The notes under the pieces are model-generated. The model made no database searches. It saw only the letters and a list, made by a program, of their open reading frames with translations, and had not been told where the DNA came from. A stretch of DNA of 64,000 bases from an uncultured Gemmatimonadales bacterium. GTDB taxonomy: Bacteria > Gemmatimonadota > Gemmatimonadetes > Gemmatimonadales > JACORV01. The position numbers and the translations under genes are program-made. The stretch covers positions 282,780 to 346,779 of the forward strand of contig CAWDZR010000029.1 of assembly GCA_963806755.1 (NCBI GenBank). The letters run 5' to 3'. Below are positions 27,570 through 39,795 of the stretch, in pieces (within the stretch, counting starts at the first letter, position 1; the number at the start of each line of letters is the position of its first letter).

Positions 27570-28582
27570 TTACGGCTTTGTTCCGTGACGCGCCAGCGCC
27601 AGGCGGCAGATGGCCTCGGCGAAGGCGGGGAAGTCCATACCGGCGGCGCGGGCGGCCTTGGGAATGAGGCTGGCGGCGGTCATGCCTGGGCCGGTGTTGG
27701 CCTCGAGGAAATACAGCGCCCCATCGGCGTCGACCCGGAAGTCGATCCGGCTGTACCCCGCGAGCTTGAGGGCGCGGTGCGCCCGGAGCGCCGCGTCCTG
27801 GACCCGTGAGGCGAGCGCGGGCTCGATGGGGGCCGGACAGATCTCCTCGCTCATCCCGGGCTGGTACTTGCACTCGTAGTCGAACATCTCGTGCTGCGGG
27901 CGGATCTCGATCACCGGGAGCGCCGCGTCGCCGAGAATGCCCACGGTGAGCTCGGGCCCGGGGATGAACTGCTCGATCATGACCTCGTCGTCGTAGCGCG
28001 CCGCGAGGTCGAGGGCCGCCGCGAGATCCGGCGCGCGCTTGACCAGTGTGAGCCCGACGGACGATCCCTGTTTGGACGGCTTGACGACGCAGGGGTAGCC
28101 GACGTCACGCTGCACCTCATCCGCGTCGGTCGGCGTCATCACCCAGGCCGGCACGGCCAGGCCGCCGTCGCGCGCGACGCGCTTGGAGAGGTCCTTGTCC
28201 ATCGCGAGGGCGGAGGCGAGGTGCCCGCTGCCGGTATAGGGCACGCCGATGACGTCGAGCACCGCCTGGACGGTGCCGTCCTCGCCCACGCCGCCGTGGA
28301 GGGCGATGAAGACGACGTCCGCCTCGCGGATGGCGGGGACCTCTCCGAGTCCCGCCGAGAGCATGCCCCGCTCCAGCTCGCGGAGCCGCGCCGCCGGCGG
28401 CGGCTCGCGGCCGACCCCCGCCGGCAGGAGCGCCGCCTCTTGTTCGGGGGGCACGAACCCGGTGGCGAGATCCACCACGTGCACCGCGTGGCCGTGGGCG
28501 CGCAGCGCCGCGGTGATCTGCAGGCCCGTCGCGAGCGCGACGTCCCGCTCCATCGACGTCCCGCCCGTCAGCACGGCGACTT

Positions 28583-28586
<4 letters not shown>
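27570..28586 (-). CDS. ddl: D-alanine--D-alanine ligase
   Basis: C-terminal 338 aa of track ORF 27570..29690, from MKVAVLTGGTSMERDVAL; ALHGGVGEDGTVQAVLD, VVKPSKQGSSVGL, FLEANTGPGMT. Confidence 0.93.
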
Positions 28587-29964
<1,378 letters not shown>

Positions 29965-29968
<4 letters not shown>

Positions 29969-30441
29969 TCGGGCGTAGCCTTGGGGCCCTCGATGCGCCG
30001 GAAGATCACCGGCTGGTAGAACGCCATGCCGACCGGCTGACCGTCGCGGTGGGCTGGTGCGAACTGCAGCTGCGCCGCCCCGCGCACCGCGGCCGAGTCG
30101 AGGCCGGGCGTTCCGGACGTCGTCGCCACGACCGTGGATTCGGGATGGACGCGCCCCGTGGAGTCCACGAACAGACGGAGCCGGACCTCGCCTTCCACCC
30201 CCTGATCGTACAGGTCGGGCGGATACTGGAACGGCGACTCGCTGTTGACCGCCACCGGCACATCGTTCTCGCGGACGGGCGCCGCGGGCGCGCGGTCGCT
30301 GCCGCCGCGACAGGCGACGGCCAAGACCAAGCAGGTACAGAAGCACGGCAGCCGGAGGGCACGGGAGGCTTGGCGCCCGCGAGCCTCTGTCCCCCGGTGT
30401 CCCGGTGCCCCGGTGCCCTCCGGCATTCGCGGCTCCATCAT
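29965..30441 (-). CDS. TonB C-terminal-domain lipoprotein-like protein
   Basis: Tail of track ORF 29965..30885; LVLAVAC lipobox-like signal, PFQYPPDLYDQGVEGEVRLRLFVDSTGRV TonB_C fold motif; start overlaps the mutS stop. Confidence 0.65.
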
Positions 30442-32999
30442 GCCTCCCGTCCCTTCTGCGCCCGGCGCTGCAGGTCGGCCAGCATGGCGAGCGCCTCGCG
30501 CGGCGTGAGGCCGTCCAGGTCGAGCGCCCGCAGCTCGGCCACGACGGGATCCTCCGCAGGCGCGAACAGCGCGAGCTGGTCGGCCGGCGAGGGCACGGTC
30601 GCCACGCGGTGCCCCGCTTCGAGTGCGCGCAGCACCTCGCCGGCGACGCTCAGCACCTCGGCAGGGAGTCCCGCCAGCCGCCCGACGTGGATGCCGTAGG
30701 AGCGATCCGCCCCGCCCGGGCGCAGGCGGTGCAGGAAGATGACGTCGTCGCCCGATTCGTGGACGGCGACGTTGTAGTTGGCGATGCGCGGGAACCGGTC
30801 GGCGAGCTGCGTCAGCTCGTGGTAGTGGGTGGCGAAGACGGCCTTGCACCCGAGGCGCTCGTGGAGGAACTCGGCCACCGCCCATGCGATGGCGACGCCG
30901 TCGTAGGTGGACGTGCCGCGGCCGATCTCGTCGAGCAGGACGAGGCTGCGACGGGTCGCGTTGTGCAGGATCGCCGCGGTCTCGGCCATCTCCACCATGA
31001 ACGTGCTCTGTCCGCGGGCGAGATCGTCGCTCGCCCCCACCCGGGTGAACAGGCGATCCACCACGCCCACGCGCGCCGCGCGGGCCGGCACGAAGGAGCC
31101 CGCCTGGGCCATCAGCACCAGCAGGGCGACCTGGCGCAGCACCGTGCTCTTGCCCGCCATGTTGGGGCCCGTGACGATCATGATCTGCTGCTCGGCGTCG
31201 AGGCGCACGTCGTTGGGGATGAAGGCCTCGCGCGGCATCACGCGCTCGACGACGGGGTGCCGACCCCCCTCGATGGCCAGCGTGAAGTCGGCCGAGATCT
31301 CGGGTCGCACGTACTGGTGGTGCGCCGCCACGTCCGCCAGCGACGCCAGGGTGTCGGCGGCCGCCACCCGGGAGGCGGTCTCCTGGACGCGCGCGATCGC
31401 CGCGCCGACGCCCTCGCGGGCTTCCGCGAACAGGCGCTCCTCAAGTCGGGCGATCTCTTCCTCGGCCCCGAGCACCTTGGCCTCGTGCGCCTTCAGCTCC
31501 GGGGTGACGTAGCGCTCCGCGCCGGTGAGCGTCTGGCGGCGCTCGTAGTCCGCGGGGACCGAAGCCTGGTTGGCGCGGGTGACCTCGATGAAGTACCCGA
31601 AGACCTTGTTGTAGCCGACCTTCAGCGACGCGATGCCGGTGCGTGCGCGCTCGCGGGCCTGGAGCGACGCGATGTACGAGCGTCCGCCGTCCCGCAGCGC
31701 GCGCAGCTCGTCGAGGGCCGGCGCGAACCCCGGCCGGATCACGTCGCCGTCGCCCAGCGCTGCGGGCGGCCGGTCCACGAGCGCGGCGGCGAGAGAGGCC
31801 GCCAGATCGGCGAGCGGGTCGAATCCCCGGTCGAGGCTGTAGAGGCCCTCCAGCCGCTCGGCGAGCCGCGGCAGCCGGGCGAAGGAATCGCGCAGGGCCC
31901 CGAGATCCCGCGGGGTGGCGCGCCGGGCCGCGGCCTTGGCGCCGAGCCGCTCGAGGTCGCGCACCCCGTCCAGGGCCTCGCGCAGCGCGGTGCGGCACGG
32001 CTCGTCGGCGACCAGCGCGCCCACCGCGTCGTGGCGCGCGGCGATGGCCGCGGGGTCGGTCAGGGGCGCGAGCAGCCACTGGCGGAGCAGCCGCGCACCC
32101 ATCGGCGTCATCGTGCGGTCGAGGACGGCGAGGAGCGTGGACGCCTCGCCCCCGGGGCGGAGCGGCTCGACCAGCTCAAGGTTGCGCCGCGTCATCGCGT
32201 CGAGATACAGGCGCCCCTCGGCGCGCCGGGCGACCGGGCGGCGCAGCTGCGGCACGCCTCCCGGCTGCAGCTCGCCGAGGTAGCGGAGCAGGGCGCCGGC
32301 CGCTCCCACCGCCAGGGTGTCGTCGGCCGCGATGCCGAGACCGTCGAGCGAGGCGAGCGCGAAGCGGCGCGCCAGCTCCTCCGCGGCGAGGGCGGGATCG
32401 AACTCCCAGCCCTCGCGCCGGGTCACCAGCACGCCCGAGGGCGCGAGCGCGGCCGCCCCCTCCGCCACGATCACCTCCGAGGGGTTGTAGCGCTGTAGCG
32501 CGGCCTCGAGTGCCGGCGTGGCCACGCTCTCGAGGACCAACTCGCCGGTCGAGAGATCGGCCGCCGCGAAGCCGGCGCGCGCGCCGTCGGTCGCGACCGC
32601 GGCGAGGAAGGTGTTGCGCCGCTCTTCGAGCAGGTCGTCCGCCATGACGGCGCCGGGCGTCACGACCTCGATCACTTCCCGCCGCACGATTCCCTTGGCG
32701 AGCTTCGGGTCCTCGACCTGGTCGCAGATGGCGACCCGGAAGCCGCGCTCCACGAGCCGCTTCACGTACCCGGCGACCGCCTTGGCGGGCACGCCGGCCA
32801 GTGGCGTCTCCGCCGCCGCGCCGTTGTTGCGCGAGGTGAGGGTGAGGCCAAGCGTGCGGGCCCCCACCTCCGCGTCGTCCTCGAACATCTCGTAGAAGTC
32901 GCCCATCCGGAACAGCAGGATGGCGTCGCGGTGCCGCGCCTTGATCTCGCGGTACTGCTGCATCAGCGGCGTCGAAACGTCGAGGCCGGGCAGCGTCAC
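30438..32999 (-). CDS. mutS: DNA mismatch repair protein MutS
   Basis: 853-aa track ORF; TPLMQQYREIKARHRDAILLFRMGDFYEMF, Walker A GPNMAGKST, DEIGRGTSTYDG. Confidence 0.97.
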   Translation of the reverse strand: MTLPGLDVSTPLMQQYREIKARHRDAILLFRMGDFYEMFEDDAEVGARTLGLTLTSRNNGAAAETPLAGVPAKAVAGYVKRLVERGFRVAICDQVEDPKLAKGIVRREVIEVVTPGAVMADDLLEERRNTFLAAVATDGARAGFAAADLSTGELVLESVATPALEAALQRYNPSEVIVAEGAAALAPSGVLVTRREGWEFDPALAAEELARRFALASLDGLGIAADDTLAVGAAGALLRYLGELQPGGVPQLRRPVARRAEGRLYLDAMTRRNLELVEPLRPGGEASTLLAVLDRTMTPMGARLLRQWLLAPLTDPAAIAARHDAVGALVADEPCRTALREALDGVRDLERLGAKAAARRATPRDLGALRDSFARLPRLAERLEGLYSLDRGFDPLADLAASLAAALVDRPPAALGDGDVIRPGFAPALDELRALRDGGRSYIASLQARERARTGIASLKVGYNKVFGYFIEVTRANQASVPADYERRQTLTGAERYVTPELKAHEAKVLGAEEEIARLEERLFAEAREGVGAAIARVQETASRVAAADTLASLADVAAHHQYVRPEISADFTLAIEGGRHPVVERVMPREAFIPNDVRLDAEQQIMIVTGPNMAGKSTVLRQVALLVLMAQAGSFVPARAARVGVVDRLFTRVGASDDLARGQSTFMVEMAETAAILHNATRRSLVLLDEIGRGTSTYDGVAIAWAVAEFLHERLGCKAVFATHYHELTQLADRFPRIANYNVAVHESGDDVIFLHRLRPGGADRSYGIHVGRLAGLPAEVLSVAGEVLRALEAGHRVATVPSPADQLALFAPAEDPVVAELRALDLDGLTPREALAMLADLQRRAQKGREA

Positions 33000-33961
33000 G
33001 ACGGAGACACGACGAAGGGGTGCCCGCCGAGCAGCCGGCGCAGCCGCTCCGCGGCCTGCGTCGCCTCGCGCTCACCGGCGAACGGACCGGCCCGCACCCG
33101 GAAGATCCCGTCGTCGCTCGTATCGACGTGGGCGTGCAGCCCCGCGCGGGCGACGCGCGTCACCATTTCCCGCGCGGTCCGGCTCGAGCGCGTAGCGCGC
33201 ACCTGCACCTCGTAGCGGGGTGCCGGTGTGGGTGCGGCCGGCGCAGCGGCCGCAGGGGGCTTCGTCGCGGGGCGCGCCGCGGCCGGCGCGGGATGCGCGG
33301 TGTCGGTGGGGGCGGCGCCGGGCGCCGGCCGGGGCCGCGCGGAGTCGGCGCGCTGCAGGCTCTCGACCACCGCGCAGCGGCTGTGGTAGAAGCCCACCTG
33401 ATTCTGGAACTCGACGTCGTCCGGAGTTTCGGTCCGCGCCGAGTCGAGCAGGGCGCAGGCGGTGGCGGGGTCGCCGACCTCGAACGCGGCGCGCCCCGCC
33501 CACAGCGCCGCCTGAGAGCGCAGGGGGCTGCCGGGATAGTCGTTGCGGAGCCGCTCCGCGAGCTGCAGGGCCCCGGCGCCGTTACCGGCGGCCATGGCGA
33601 GCTGGGTCAACTGCAGCAGCGCCTCGTCGGCCCATGGCGAATTGGAGTACTCGATCGCCACGCGGCGCAGGTCGCTCTCGGCGCTGTCGCCGGACGCGGC
33701 CAGCCGGCCGCTCCAGTACAGCGCCTCCACGTAGGCGGGGTCGCCGGGCTTGGCCTTCGCCAACTCGGTGGCCACGAGCCGACGCGCCGAGTCGCCCCGG
33801 CCGCCGGCCGCGAGCTGGATCGCCGCCTTGATGGCGGGATTGTTCTGGGCCTGCAAGACGGGCACAGGGGCACAAGCGCACAGGGGCACGGCAAAGACCA
33901 GCGCCCTTGACACGATACCCCGTGCCGCCGTGCCGTCGTGCCCCCGTGCCCGTTTCTTCAT
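32996..33961 (-). CDS. TPR-like / SPOR domain protein
   Basis: From MKKRARGHDG within track ORF 32996..34102; signal peptide, Pro/Ala linker, C-terminal SPOR (YEVQVRATRSSRTAREMV...FRVRAGPFAGEREA). Confidence 0.75.
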   Translation of the reverse strand: MKKRARGHDGTAARGIVSRALVFAVPLCACAPVPVLQAQNNPAIKAAIQLAAGGRGDSARRLVATELAKAKPGDPAYVEALYWSGRLAASGDSAESDLRRVAIEYSNSPWADEALLQLTQLAMAAGNGAGALQLAERLRNDYPGSPLRSQAALWAGRAAFEVGDPATACALLDSARTETPDDVEFQNQVGFYHSRCAVVESLQRADSARPRPAPGAAPTDTAHPAPAAARPATKPPAAAAPAAPTPAPRYEVQVRATRSSRTAREMVTRVARAGLHAHVDTSDDGIFRVRAGPFAGEREATQAAERLRRLLGGHPFVVSPS

Positions 33962-35034
33962 GCCGCGCTCCGCTCCGGCACGCCCAGCGACAGCACCACT
34001 TCGATCACGATCTCGGCCTCTCCCGACACCTTCGTGTCCTTGAGCCTGGCGTCGGCACGCAACGCCGCGGCGAGCCCTGCGTCTACCTCGCCGGCCGTCC
34101 ACTGGGCGGCGTCGGCGACCCAGCGGGCCGCCTCGTCGCGCCAGTTCCGCAGGCCCGCGGGCCGGGCGGCCTCGAGCGCCTGGTACACGCGATCCGCTGC
34201 GGCCGCGGGGGACGTCCCGGCGTCAAGATGCGTTCGCGCCAGCCCGAGACCCACCAGCGCGGTTCCCAACGCTCCCATGAGGCGCACCCCGGTGTTGCCC
34301 GGGCTCAGCATGATGGTGGGAACCATCGCCGCGGCCGCGCTGAACCGCCGCGCCGTCACCGCGTCGAGGAAGTCCCCGACCGTCTCGCCCTCGCGCACGC
34401 CCACCAGGTCGGTGATGTCCGTCGCCGTGACGGCACGCCCCTGCGTCGCCGCGGCGAGCTTCGCGATCTCCGCCGCGATCTGCGGGAGGTCGTCTCCGAC
34501 CGCCCGCTGGAGCAGCTGCGCCGCGTCTTCTTCGAGCGTCAGCGCATGCTCCTTCTTCGCGTAGTGATGGATCCACCGCACCACGCGCGCCGGCTCCAGC
34601 ACCTCGAAATCCACGCCGTGACCCGCGCGCTGCAGCTCGGGATCCGGCTTCGTGCCCCCGGACTGGACCAGCACGAGCACCGTGTCGGGCGCCGGGCGGG
34701 CCAGGTACCCGAGCAGGGCCGAACGCAGCGCCTGCTGCTTCGCGCGCTTCAGCTGCAGACACTCCACTTCGGTCAGGACGACGCCGCGGCGCGCCGCCAG
34801 CATCGGCGGCGTCTCGACCAGGGCGCGGAACTCCTCGGCCGACAGCTCCGGCGCCCGCCGGCGGTCGAGGTTGAAATCCCGTGTCGGCGCTTCGACGGCG
34901 CGCTCCAGGACGTCGCGCACCGCGTCGTCCTTGAGCAGGTCTTCGTCCCCGAAAAAGTAGTAAACGGGCCGGATTTCACCCTTGGCGAGGGAGCGCTGAA
35001 ATGCATCGAATGACCGGCCGGGCATCGGGCCCAA
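33958..35034 (-). CDS. holA: DNA polymerase III delta subunit
   Basis: 358-aa track ORF; FDAFQRSLAKGEIRPVYYFFGDEDLLKDDAV N-terminus typical of HolA. Confidence 0.8.
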   Translation of the reverse strand: MGPMPGRSFDAFQRSLAKGEIRPVYYFFGDEDLLKDDAVRDVLERAVEAPTRDFNLDRRRAPELSAEEFRALVETPPMLAARRGVVLTEVECLQLKRAKQQALRSALLGYLARPAPDTVLVLVQSGGTKPDPELQRAGHGVDFEVLEPARVVRWIHHYAKKEHALTLEEDAAQLLQRAVGDDLPQIAAEIAKLAAATQGRAVTATDITDLVGVREGETVGDFLDAVTARRFSAAAAMVPTIMLSPGNTGVRLMGALGTALVGLGLARTHLDAGTSPAAAADRVYQALEAARPAGLRNWRDEAARWVADAAQWTAGEVDAGLAAALRADARLKDTKVSGEAEIVIEVVLSLGVPERSAA

Positions 35035-35073
35035 CTTAGCCCGAAAGGTGGTGCGGCAAAAGCCTCGCCGGCG

Positions 35074-35661
35074 CTACGGCCCCCCCCACACGACCGAGAG
35101 GTCGTAGCGTGGGCGGTCCCCGCCCGCCGTGGCGACCTGGCCGGTCGTCGCCGCCAGGGCGGACTGGACCAGAGCGGACTGCAGAGGGTGGAAGGCGTCG
35201 GGGGAAATGACGATGCTGTCGAAGGGTTCAACCAGGACCACCGGGGCCTGCGCCGGCACCGCGACCGACGCGCTCGGCCAGGTCAGCGCCGTGCGCCCCA
35301 CGGGGAGTGTATCGTGCCGCGCCGTGCGGGAAGTGAGCAGGTCCCATCCGACCGCGCCCACCGTCGCCACCAGCAGGAGCGTGCCCATGGCGCCCGACCA
35401 GGTGGCCATCACGGGCACCCTGACGGTGAACTCCCGCCGCAGCCTCGCCCGCAGCCGGGAGCCGAAACCTCTGGACATCCCGACCGCCGGAAGGGTGCGC
35501 AGCGCATCGATGCCGGCGCGGAATGCCGCGTCGAAGCGGCGGCACTCTCCGCACGCGCCCATGTGGAGACGCGCTTCGGAGGCCTCCACGGCAGTCAGGA
35601 GGCCGTCGGCGTAGTCAGAGTATTTTTCTCGGAATTCGCAGCAATTCATGCGGGCCCGCAA
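35074..35661 (-). CDS. anti-sigma factor (zf-HC2 type), single TM
   Basis: 195-aa track ORF; CCEFREKYSDYADGLL...HMGACGECRRF zinc-finger motif; lies directly downstream of the ECF sigma gene. Confidence 0.65.
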   Translation of the reverse strand: MRARMNCCEFREKYSDYADGLLTAVEASEARLHMGACGECRRFDAAFRAGIDALRTLPAVGMSRGFGSRLRARLRREFTVRVPVMATWSGAMGTLLLVATVGAVGWDLLTSRTARHDTLPVGRTALTWPSASVAVPAQAPVVLVEPFDSIVISPDAFHPLQSALVQSALAATTGQVATAGGDRPRYDLSVVWGGP

Positions 35662-35717
35662 ACAGGGACCCTCATACTACCTCGAAGCGCCGCGGCTGTT
35701 CCGCCGGGCTCGCCGGC

Positions 35718-36353
35718 CTAGTCCAGGTGGGGCGCGATGATCGCCGCGAAGTTGTTGCGCGCCCGGTTGAGGCGGCTCTTCACGGTGCCGAGGTTGCATC
35801 CGGTGATGTCGGCGATCTCCTCGTAGGTCTTGCCCTCCAGCTCGCGCAGGACGAAGACCACCCGGTGATGCTCGGGGAGCTGGGACACCGACTGCTCCAC
35901 CAGCTCCCGCAGGTGGCGCTTGTAGAACAGGTCGTCCGGGCGCGAGCTGGAGTCCTCGAACTGCAGCGGGCGGTGGTCGGCCTCCCAGTTGCGCTTGATG
36001 GTCTGGAAGAGCACGAGGGGATTGCGACTGCGGTTCCTCAGCTCGTTCTTGGCGAGGTTCGAGGCGATGGTGTACGCCCAGGTCGAGAACTTCTTGGTCT
36101 GGTCGAAGCGGTGCAGGTGCCGGTAGATCCGGATGAACACCTCCTGCACGAGATCCTCGGCGCGCTCGCGGTCGCCGACGGTGCGATAGACGAAGTTGAG
36201 GAGGCGAACCTGATAGCGGGCAACCAGCTCGTCGAAGGCGCGCTCGCGGCCGTCGAGAAAAGCCTGGACCACCTGGGCGTCGTCGAGATCCGCAAGGTCA
36301 CTCGCCGGAGAGTGCCGGAGTTCGCGGACACCGCCATGCGCCACCAAGGTCAC
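35718..36353 (-). CDS. ECF-type RNA polymerase sigma-70 factor
   Basis: 211-aa track ORF; region 2 (RAEDLVQEVFIRIYRHL...FSTWAYTIASN) and region 4 (YEEIADITGCNLGTVKSRLNRAR). Confidence 0.9.
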   Translation of the reverse strand: MTLVAHGGVRELRHSPASDLADLDDAQVVQAFLDGRERAFDELVARYQVRLLNFVYRTVGDRERAEDLVQEVFIRIYRHLHRFDQTKKFSTWAYTIASNLAKNELRNRSRNPLVLFQTIKRNWEADHRPLQFEDSSSRPDDLFYKRHLRELVEQSVSQLPEHHRVVFVLRELEGKTYEEIADITGCNLGTVKSRLNRARNNFAAIIAPHLD

Positions 36354-36519
36354 GTCGCACCCGCTTGAAAGAGGAGTCCCATTCTCCCCTACGAGCAGGA
36401 ACTATACCGGATTTCCATGCCCAACTGGCATATCGTCCAACGCATTGTCGGGAAGAGACTTGACGTGATCAGGAGCACAGAATCGCTGGAACGTGTGTCG
36501 GCGAACCGTCCTCCAAAAG

Positions 36520-37083
36520 CTACAGTTCGAGCCGAAAGCCTGCAAAAAAGAGAACAGCTACGATCGTCTTCGCATCCGTGACCTCCCCCCGCCGGATCAT
36601 CTCCAGCACCTGGCTCACTGGCAGAGCCTTCACCTCCATGAACTCGTCGGCTTCCCGCCGCGTGGCGTCCTGATTGACGATCAGGTCGCGGGCGACGAAG
36701 AAATGGATGCGCTCGTCAGTGAAGCCCGGCGTCGTGTAGACGGTCGTCAGCCGGTCCCAGCGGCCGGCCGTGGCGCCGGTTTCCTCCAGCAGCTCGCGGC
36801 GGGCGCACGCCTCGGGCTGCTCGCCGTCTTCCAGCTTGCCGGCCGGCACCTCCCAGATGGGGCCGCCGGCGGCATAGCGATACTGCCGGATCAGCAGCAG
36901 CTGGGGATCCTCGGCGTCGTCCGCCGAGAGCACCGGGAGGACGGCGGAAGCGCCGGGATGGCGGATCATCTCCAACTCGCCGCTCGAGCCGTTCGGGAAG
37001 CGCACGGTGTCCACGTCGAGGTTCAGCACGCGGCCGGTGTAGATGCGGCGCGAGCCGAGGCGGTCGCGCGACGGTTCGCTCAC
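36520..37083 (-). CDS. NUDIX hydrolase (ADP-ribose pyrophosphatase-like)
   Basis: Tail of track ORF 36520..37623; Nudix box GKLEDGEQPEACARRELLEETG; GTG 37083 overlaps the upstream stop (GTGA). Confidence 0.8.
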   Translation of the reverse strand: MSEPSRDRLGSRRIYTGRVLNLDVDTVRFPNGSSGELEMIRHPGASAVLPVLSADDAEDPQLLLIRQYRYAAGGPIWEVPAGKLEDGEQPEACARRELLEETGATAGRWDRLTTVYTTPGFTDERIHFFVARDLIVNQDATRREADEFMEVKALPVSQVLEMIRRGEVTDAKTIVAVLFFAGFRLEL

Positions 37084-37667
37084 AGGACGTTCCGGGTCAC
37101 GAGGTAGGCGATGGGGGCCTTGAACGACTCGGCGAACAGGTAGCCCAGCTCGAGGCGGCGGTTGGCGGCGATCGGGCTGTGGCGGGCCGGGGAGCCGAGG
37201 GGCGCGAGGCCCAGCCGGCGTGCAGTGATCGAGAGGCGCAGCATGTGGAAGTCGTCGCTCACGAGGATGGTGCGGCGTCCCCCGTGGGCGTGGATCCAGT
37301 TGGCGGCGGCCTGGAGCGAGGGCTCGGTCGAGCGTCCGGCGGCGATGGCGACGACCGCCGCGGAGTCGACTCCGCCGGCGATCAGGTAGCGGCGGCCGAC
37401 GGCGGCTTCGCTGACGGTGTCCCCGAAGCCCACCCCGCCCGTCACCAGCAGGTGCGGCGCGAGGCCGCGGCGGAACAGAGCGGCCGCGTGGTCGAGCCGG
37501 GCCCGGAACACGGGCGAGGGGTGCCCGTTGTACTGGGCGGCGCCCAGGACGACGATGGCGTCGGCCGGAGCGGCGTCGTCCCGCCGCGCCGCCCGGACGA
37601 CTTCCACGGCCGAAAAGACCCACGCCGCCACGAGCAGCGCCACGGCGGCTGCAACGAGCCGGCGCAT
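37080..37667 (-). CDS. YdcF/DUF218 family protein
   Basis: 195-aa track ORF; N-terminal TM, IVVLGAAQYNG...LLVTGG...ILVSDDFHMLR pattern. Confidence 0.8.
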   Translation of the reverse strand: MRRLVAAAVALLVAAWVFSAVEVVRAARRDDAAPADAIVVLGAAQYNGHPSPVFRARLDHAAALFRRGLAPHLLVTGGVGFGDTVSEAAVGRRYLIAGGVDSAAVVAIAAGRSTEPSLQAAANWIHAHGGRRTILVSDDFHMLRLSITARRLGLAPLGSPARHSPIAANRRLELGYLFAESFKAPIAYLVTRNVL

Positions 37668-37680
37668 GGCTGCAACCTAG

Positions 37681-39063
37681 CTAGATCTCGAACGCCTCGC
37701 CCAGCTTCGGGATGTCGGTCTGCTTGACTCCCAGGCCCCGGAGCAGCTCGGCCATGGCCTGGAGCTGCTCGGTCTCGCCGTGCACCGTGAAGGCGCGCTT
37801 GGGCACGTCGCCCAGCCCCTGCACCCACTGCCGCAGCTCGTTGCGGTCCGCGTGGCCCGAGTAGCCGCCGATCGTGGCGACCTCGGCGCGAACGGGTACC
37901 ATCTCGCCGTAGATCCGGACCTCCTTGTCACCCTCCTGGATCTTGTGACCGAGGGTGTAGCTCGCCTGGAAGCCGACGATGAGGACGAGATTGCGATGGT
38001 CGCCTAGGCCGTTGCGCAGGTGATGGAGAATCCGCCCAGCCTCCATCATCCCCGACGCCGCGATGATGATGAGCGGGCCGTGGAGCGCGTTCAACGCTTT
38101 CGACTCCTCCACGCTCCGCACGTACTTCACCATCGGGAAGCGGAACAGGTCGTCGGTCTCGTGCACCAGCCGCTCCGAATGGTCGAACGCCTCCGGGTGG
38201 AGACGGAAGACGTCGGTGGCGTTCACCGCGAGCGGCGAATCCACGTAGATCGGGATCTTCGGAATCGCGCCGTCGCGCACGAGACCGTGCAGCTCGTAAA
38301 TCAGCTCCTGCGCGCGCTCGATGGCGAACGCGGGGATGAAGATCTTGCCGCCGCGCTTCGCCACCTTGTTGACGTAGTCCGCCAGCTTGCTCTGCGCCTC
38401 CACCACCGACTCGTGGACCGTGTTGGCGTAGGTGCTCTCGACGATCAGGACGTCGGCCGGGCCCACGGGCGGCTTCGGGTCGCGGATGATGGGCAGTCCC
38501 CAGCGACCGACGTCGCCGGAAAAGACCACGCGGCGCTTCGCGCCCGCCGCCTCGATATCGAGCACGACGGAGGCGGAGCCGAGCATATGGCCGGCGTCGG
38601 TATAGGTCAGCTTGATGCCCGGCGTGATCTCGAGCGCGCGGTCGTAGGGCAGGCTCACCATCGAATCCACGACCCGCGTCGCGTCGGCCGCGGTGTAGAG
38701 CGGCTCGGCGAGACCGGCGTGGCCGCGCTTCTTCAGGAACTCGAAGTCCTTCTCCTGGATGAACCCCGAGTCGGGCAGCATCACGCTGGCGAGGTCTCGC
38801 GTGGCGGAGGTGCAGAAGATCGGCCCCGCGTACCCCTTCTTGATCAGGATGGGCAGGCGGCCCGTGTGATCCATGTGGGCATGGCTCACGACGACGGCGT
38901 CGATGCCGCCGACGTCGAGCGGGAAGGCCTCGTTCTTCTTGCGAGCTTCCTCGCGGCGCCCCTGGAAGAGCCCGCAGTCGAGCAGCAGGCGCTTGGGGCC
39001 GATCTCGAGGAGATGCATCGAGCCGGTCACCTCGCCGGCCGCGCCCCAGCAGGTGAGCCGCAT
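37681..39063 (-). CDS. MBL-fold beta-CASP RNA-metabolising metallo-hydrolase
   Basis: 460-aa track ORF; HAHMDHTG metal motif, beta-CASP region, C-terminal RNA-specificity region (GYSGHADRNEL). Confidence 0.85.
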   Translation of the reverse strand: MRLTCWGAAGEVTGSMHLLEIGPKRLLLDCGLFQGRREEARKKNEAFPLDVGGIDAVVVSHAHMDHTGRLPILIKKGYAGPIFCTSATRDLASVMLPDSGFIQEKDFEFLKKRGHAGLAEPLYTAADATRVVDSMVSLPYDRALEITPGIKLTYTDAGHMLGSASVVLDIEAAGAKRRVVFSGDVGRWGLPIIRDPKPPVGPADVLIVESTYANTVHESVVEAQSKLADYVNKVAKRGGKIFIPAFAIERAQELIYELHGLVRDGAIPKIPIYVDSPLAVNATDVFRLHPEAFDHSERLVHETDDLFRFPMVKYVRSVEESKALNALHGPLIIIAASGMMEAGRILHHLRNGLGDHRNLVLIVGFQASYTLGHKIQEGDKEVRIYGEMVPVRAEVATIGGYSGHADRNELRQWVQGLGDVPKRAFTVHGETEQLQAMAELLRGLGVKQTDIPKLGEAFEI

Positions 39064-39701
39064 CAGCGGGTCCCGAACAGCCGGTCGCCGGCGTCGCCGA
39101 GTCCCGGGAGGATGTAGCCGTTCTCATTCAGCTGGCGGTCGAGTGCGGCGGCGTAGACCGGCACGTCGGGGTGCTCCTCGAACATCTTCTGGACGCCCTC
39201 GGGGGCCGCGACGATGCACAGCAGCCGGATGGAGCGGGCGCCGGACTTGCGCAGGGTGGAGCAGGCCGCCGCCGCCGAGCCGCCGGTCGCGAGCATGGGG
39301 TCGAGGAGAAAGAAGTCCCGCTGCTCCCGCGCGCTCGGCACCTTGTAGTAGTAGTCCACCGGCTGCAGCGTCTCGTGGTCGCGATACAGTCCGATGTGGC
39401 CGACCCGGGCCGCGGGCACGAGGTGGAGGATGCCGTCCACCATGCCGAGGCCCGCGCGCAGCACGGGCACCAGCGCCAGCTTCTTGCCGGCGACTTTCTC
39501 CCCGGTCATGTGCTCGAGGGGCGTATCGAGCTCGACCGGCTCGGTGGGCAGGTCCTTGGTGACCTCGTAGGCCATGAGCATCGCGATTTCGCCGACGAGG
39601 TCGCGGAAGTCCTTGACCGGAGTCCGCTTGTCCCGCAGGACGTGCAGCTTGTGCTTGATGAGCGGGTGGTCGAGGATGGTCAGGTTCGGGAAGGTGTGCA
39701 T
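39063..39701 (-). CDS. upp: uracil phosphoribosyltransferase
   Basis: From [27 protein letters not shown] within track ORF 39063..39839; [16 protein letters not shown] motif, [16 protein letters not shown]. Confidence 0.92.
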   Translation of the reverse strand: MHTFPNLTILDHPLIKHKLHVLRDKRTPVKDFRDLVGEIAMLMAYEVTKDLPTEPVELDTPLEHMTGEKVAGKKLALVPVLRAGLGMVDGILHLVPAARVGHIGLYRDHETLQPVDYYYKVPSAREQRDFFLLDPMLATGGSAAAACSTLRKSGARSIRLLCIVAAPEGVQKMFEEHPDVPVYAAALDRQLNENGYILPGLGDAGDRLFGTR

Positions 39702-39795
39702 GGGCTGATAAACTGCGCGCCCGGCCCGGGTTGCGAAAGTCGCCGCGTCCCGGGCGCCGCCGCGCGCAGGCCGAGCAGGATTCCTTGCACGCTGC

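Noticed and set aside
36380-36450. Possible autoregulated ECF promoter (minus strand GGAAAT-N17-CGTA) upstream of the sigma factor gene
   Set aside because: This is a single weak match to a degenerate consensus. I could not support it beyond chance, so it is not listed as a feature.
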